This document shows, piece by piece, positions 59,077 to 64,000 of a stretch of 64,000 nucleotides of DNA. Position 1 is the first letter of the stretch, and each line of letters starts with the position of its first letter. Source of the DNA: Eledone cirrhosa (taxonomy: Eukaryota); assembly GCA_964016885.1 (NCBI GenBank), contig OZ024748.1, forward strand, positions 21,204,001 to 21,268,000. The letters run 5' to 3'. The position numbers were made by a program, and so were the translations under genes. Below the pieces are notes generated by a model. The model was given only the letters and a program-made list of their open reading frames with translations, was not told the origin of the DNA and ran no database searches.

Positions 59077-59251
59077 TATATATATATATATATATAGAGA
59101 GAGAGGGAGAGAGAGAGAGAACCCCCCCCCCCCCCCATATATCTATGTATGTAGGAATATATGTATGTATGTATATAGGTATATATAGGTATATATAGGT
59201 ATATATTATATATATATATATATGTGTATATATCCATATATATATGTATAC

Positions 59252-59283
<32 letters not shown>

Positions 59284-59286
59284 ATG

Positions 59287-59333
<47 letters not shown>

Positions 59334-59350
59334 CATATGTGTGTATATAT

Positions 59351-59460
<110 letters not shown>

Positions 59461-59827
59461 CCATATATATATATATATAATATATACCTCTATATATCTA
59501 TATACATACATACATATATTCCTACATACATAGATACATGCATACACACATACACACATACAGACATATATACATATATACATCATACTTATATGAATAC
59601 ATACGTAAATATATACACATTCATACACGTATAGAATATTTATAAATGTAATGGATATTTATATATGTATATATATATGTATATATATGTGTGTGTATAT
59701 ACGGACACGGACACACATAATGTATGTAAAAATATACAACATACACCCACATACGTGCATGTCTAATTATATCGATTTATGGATCTCTCCTTAAATGTAC
59801 CTTGTATATGCAAATGTATGTTCATAT

Positions 59828-59872
<45 letters not shown>

Positions 59873-59923
59873 GTGTATTTGTATATATATATATACTTAT
59901 TTATATCTTACTTACGACATATG

Positions 59924-59957
<34 letters not shown>

Positions 59958-60000
59958 AACACACACATATATATATATATATGTATGCATATATATATAT

Positions 60001-60091
<91 letters not shown>

Positions 60092-60258
60092 GAATAAAAT
60101 GATGTATACTTACACACACCCATACACTCATATATAAATACAATTATACAATTTTATATAGTTTTATAGATTACCTATATACACATATTCATATAAAGAT
60201 GTAGAAACATATATATATATATATATATATATTTATTTGCAATCATCTAATTTACGAC

Positions 60259-60328
<70 letters not shown>

Positions 60329-60464
60329 GCATATATATATATGTATATGCATATATATATATATATATAATAAAATAAAATTATATATAGTTACACACAC
60401 ACACACATATATGAATATATATATATATATATATATTTGCAATCATCTAATTTACGACATATAA

Positions 60465-60499
<35 letters not shown>

Positions 60500-60575
60500 T
60501 ATTTTATTATATATATATATATATGTGTGTGTGTAAGTATATATAATTTTATTTTATTATATATATATATATGCA

Positions 60576-60653
<78 letters not shown>

Positions 60654-60933
60654 TATATATATATATATAATAAAATAAAATTATATATACTTACACACAC
60701 ACACACACATATATATATACATGTATATATGTGTATGTATGTGTATGTATGTGTGTATGTATGTGTATGTATGTGTGCATGTATATATGTATGTATGCAT
60801 CTTTCTATTCTTACTGCCACCTGTAGCTAAATTAATCACAAATAAATGTAGGTATTGTGTGGGCGTTAGAGGGAGGTGAGGGGTTGGTTTGGCTTGTAAG
60901 AACCTCTGAATATAACATCTCACACTCTCTCTA

Positions 60934-60972
<39 letters not shown>

Positions 60973-61323
60973 CCATCTCTCTCTATCTCTCTCCCTATCT
61001 CTCTCGTTCTTTCTTTCTTTCGCTTTCCCTCTCGTTGCATAATTTAAAGGAATGAAAAATAGCTTCAGAAGTAAAGTAATAAAGAAGTAGAGAGATAGAT
61101 AGGGAGAGATATAGAGAGAGGTAGAGAGGTAGAGAGGTAGAGATATAGAGATGTAGAGAGAGAGATAGAGAGGCAGAGAGATATAGGTAGAAATGTAGAA
61201 GTAAAGATAGGGAATAGAGAGATAGAAGGAGAGGAAGTAAGGATTAAAGGAGTTTTAGATAAGTAATAAGGAAAGTATATATAGAGAGAGAGATGGGAAA
61301 TAAAGTATATAGATAGATATATT

Positions 61324-62178
61324 TTTTTATTTGCCACAAGGGCGCACAAGAAAAAGGGACAATACAAAGACACATGCCGGGGATTTTACATACAGTCGTG
61401 TAAAAATATTATTAAAACAAACAAATTTAACAATCGAAATCCCCAATAAGGGGCAGGCGTTACAAATGGGTTGTTTAATACCCCGTCCATAGAACAACCC
61501 TCAACTCCAGGAGCGTGTTGTGCAAGTGCTCCTTTCTTCCTGTTGCTCTCTTCAACCTACAGGTTTATATACAAAGAAGGCCCAATCACTCGGGCCATTT
61601 TTGCTACATTCACCCCCCCCCCTTTCAGTAAATTTACTGGGGTGCTGTGACTCTCTCTCCACTCTGATTCTCCTTCTAAGGTGGTACCTTAAGAAGAGAA
61701 TGGGTTTTGTCCGGAGAGAAAGGCATCTGTCCTCAGTCCTCTCAATCTCATCCACCATATAACCTCTTTTTCCATAGCCACTATACAAAGGAAAACCGCC
61801 TCTCTTTCGTTTTTGAAAGAAGTTGGCGGTTTGATCCTTATTATGGACTCGGCAGTCAACTGGATTTGTCCCATACTTGACCGCATTTGTTTTGCGTAGT
61901 TCCACAGGTCGGTTACGCCTGAGCAATGTACGATTGCGTGCAGGACGGTTTCAATGTCCTGCGCGCATCTTGGGCACGTCCTCTTGGAAGGATCCCTGCC
62001 TGTAGATCTTGTCTTCAACTGGTAGAGCTCTTCGGTAGCACTGCCAGGCCAGGGTCTTCTAGAAGTTGTCCATAGGTCCCGGGCCGAAGAAATTCCTAGC
62101 GAATAGACTGGTGAGCTCGTCGTCTTCGACGCCCAGAGTCTCTCCGAGCACGTCGTCGCACTTGTGACGTACTAATCC
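61324..62178 (-). mobile_element. 5'-truncated L1/Tx1-like LINE (ORF2 zinc-knuckle region plus 3'UTR)
   Basis: CPRC...ETVLHAIVHC CCHC knuckle (zf-RVT-like) with frameshifts. 3'UTR shared with 1-294 and 47779-48080. Confidence 0.8.
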
Positions 62179-62195
62179 TCTATAGATAGATAGAT

Positions 62196-62270
<75 letters not shown>

Positions 62271-62310
62271 CAAATTGAGAGACAGAGACAGACAGATAGA
62301 TCGATCGATC

Positions 62311-62362
<52 letters not shown>

Positions 62363-62436
62363 TATTTCTTTATTAGCCACAGGGGCACAAAAGAAGGGGA
62401 CAAATACAAAGGGGGAAGTTTACATACAATAAAAAA

Positions 62437-62489
<53 letters not shown>

Positions 62490-62589
62490 CAAATTGAGAG
62501 ACAGACAGATAGATAATAAAGAAAGAAAGAATGAAAGAAAAAATCTCTAGAGGGAGTTGGTTCTGCCAGGTTTAAAATACACAAGACAC

Positions 62590-62882
62590 GTTGTATGTCT
62601 CTGCGGCACCCTTCAGGAGTTATATGTCACACTCTATGTCACTGCAGCACCCCAATGACCCCTTCAGGAGTTAAGGGTCACACTGTATTTCACTGCGGCA
62701 TCCTTACAATCCCATCAGGAGTTAAGGGTCACACTGTATTTCACTGCGGCATCCTTACAATCCCATCAGGTGTTAAGGGTCACACTGTATTTCACTGCGG
62801 CATCCTTACAATCCCATCAGGTGTTAAGGGTCACACTGTATGTCACTGCGGCGCCCCTACGACCCTATCAAGAGTTAAGGGT
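62590..62882. repeat. 51-bp minisatellite (~5-6 copies)
   Basis: Unit GAGTTAAGGGTCACACTGTATTTCACTGCGGCATCCTTACAATCCCATCAG. Confidence 0.88.
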
Positions 62883-63397
62883 TCATACATACACGATGAT
62901 GCTGAATTAGCAAAGTTGGTAGAGCATCGGAGAAATTATTTGCAATATTTGTTCTGGTCTCTACTTTAACCTTCATTATTTTGGAGATCGATAAAATAAT
63001 CAATCAATCAATTACTGGGATCGATTTAATCAATTTTTCTTCCTTTCACTTAAAATTGCTGGCCTTGTTCCTCAATTAGAACCCATTATTAAGTAAATGT
63101 AAGGGACACTTTGACCGATGGTGAGAGTAGCGGCTGGAAAGGGGTCGTTTGTGGGGTGTAGGCGAGGATGGAAGGGTTATATGTGTGAAGGGGAAGTAGT
63201 GGTTGGAAGTGTCGTGTGATAGGGGTAGTTGGGTTGGTAGGTAGGGAAGGGTTATATATATATTGGGGAGGGGGAGTGATAGTTAAAAGGGTTGTGTATC
63301 TGGTAGGGTCGTGTGATGGGCGTAGCTGAGTTGGTAGGTATGGAAGGCTTATATATTGAGTAGGGTCGTGTGATGGAGTAGCTGGGTAGTTAGATAA

Positions 63398-63580
63398 TTG
63401 TTTCTACTTTTGGCACAAGGCCAGCAATTACCCAGTGTATTACTGGTACTTTATTTTATCGACCCCATAAGGATGAAAGGCAAAGTTAACCTCGGCGGGA
63501 TTTGAACTCAGAATGGCAAGGGCCGTAACTCTATGCGTCAAAGCATGGCGTCCGACCCTCTACCGATACTGCCAATCCAC
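63398..63580 (-). mobile_element. tRNA-derived SINE
   Basis: Same family as 6729-6915. TSD TGGGTAGTTAGATAAT on both sides. Confidence 0.88.
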
Positions 63581-64000
63581 TGGGTAGTTAGATAATGAAG
63601 GGTTATATATGTGGTGGGATAGTAATAGGTGGAAGGGTTGTGTGTGTGTGGTAAGGGGTGGAGTAGCGACTTGTAGGGTCGTGGGGAAGGGAATAGTGGT
63701 TGCGTCTGTAGGGTTCGTAGTGTTATGTGTGAGGCGATGGAGGGAAGACAGGGTAGTTTCTGTAAGGGGTGGGGTCGTTGTAGGGTGGAATTGCGGTAAT
63801 TCATGTTTATGTGTGATGACGGAGAGGGGACAGTAGTAAGAGAAAGGGGTTATGTTGTGGTGGTTGTGGGGGTAGAGGTAGGAATTAGACCCTCTTTAAA
63901 TATACCGGATGGTTGTAGCTGTACTTTACCACATACCTCACACACACACACAGACACAAACACACACACACAAACACACACACACACACACACACACACA

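Noticed and set aside
62595-62969. His/Cys repeat ORF resembling a zinc finger
   Set aside because: It is a 51-bp minisatellite and lacks C2H2 spacing.

Overview
This is 64 kb of AT-rich, microsatellite-dense animal DNA. The repeat landscape resembles a cephalopod (octopus-like) genome, but that is an inference. I found no supportable host protein-coding exon, and nearly all listed ORFs are simple-repeat artefacts. Recognisable content: (1) one complete but frameshifted hAT/Buster-type DNA transposon (4503-7826; 14-bp TIRs, 8-bp TSD); (2) tRNA-type SINEs; (3) RTE, L1/Tx1-like and RLE-type LINE fragments; (4) several satellites (80, 48, 48, 24 and 51 bp units); (5) a 200-N assembly gap. The main signal is about 20 short (150-770 bp) inserts from at least 10 families unrelated in sequence. 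Nearly all sit inside (TA)n tracts, and most are asymmetric head-to-head palindromes. Most families carry a foldable type I hammerhead ribozyme (HHR) with a palindromic stem III, often followed by AATAAA. Two unrelated families use the compensatory U3-A8 core (UUGANAA) instead of C3-G8. Several families share an ACTC...GAGTRC motif in the non-duplicated 3' tail. The best interpretation is a diverse set of (TA)n-targeting Penelope-like retroelement termini with 5' inversions. All folds were done by eye, and ribozyme activity is untested.
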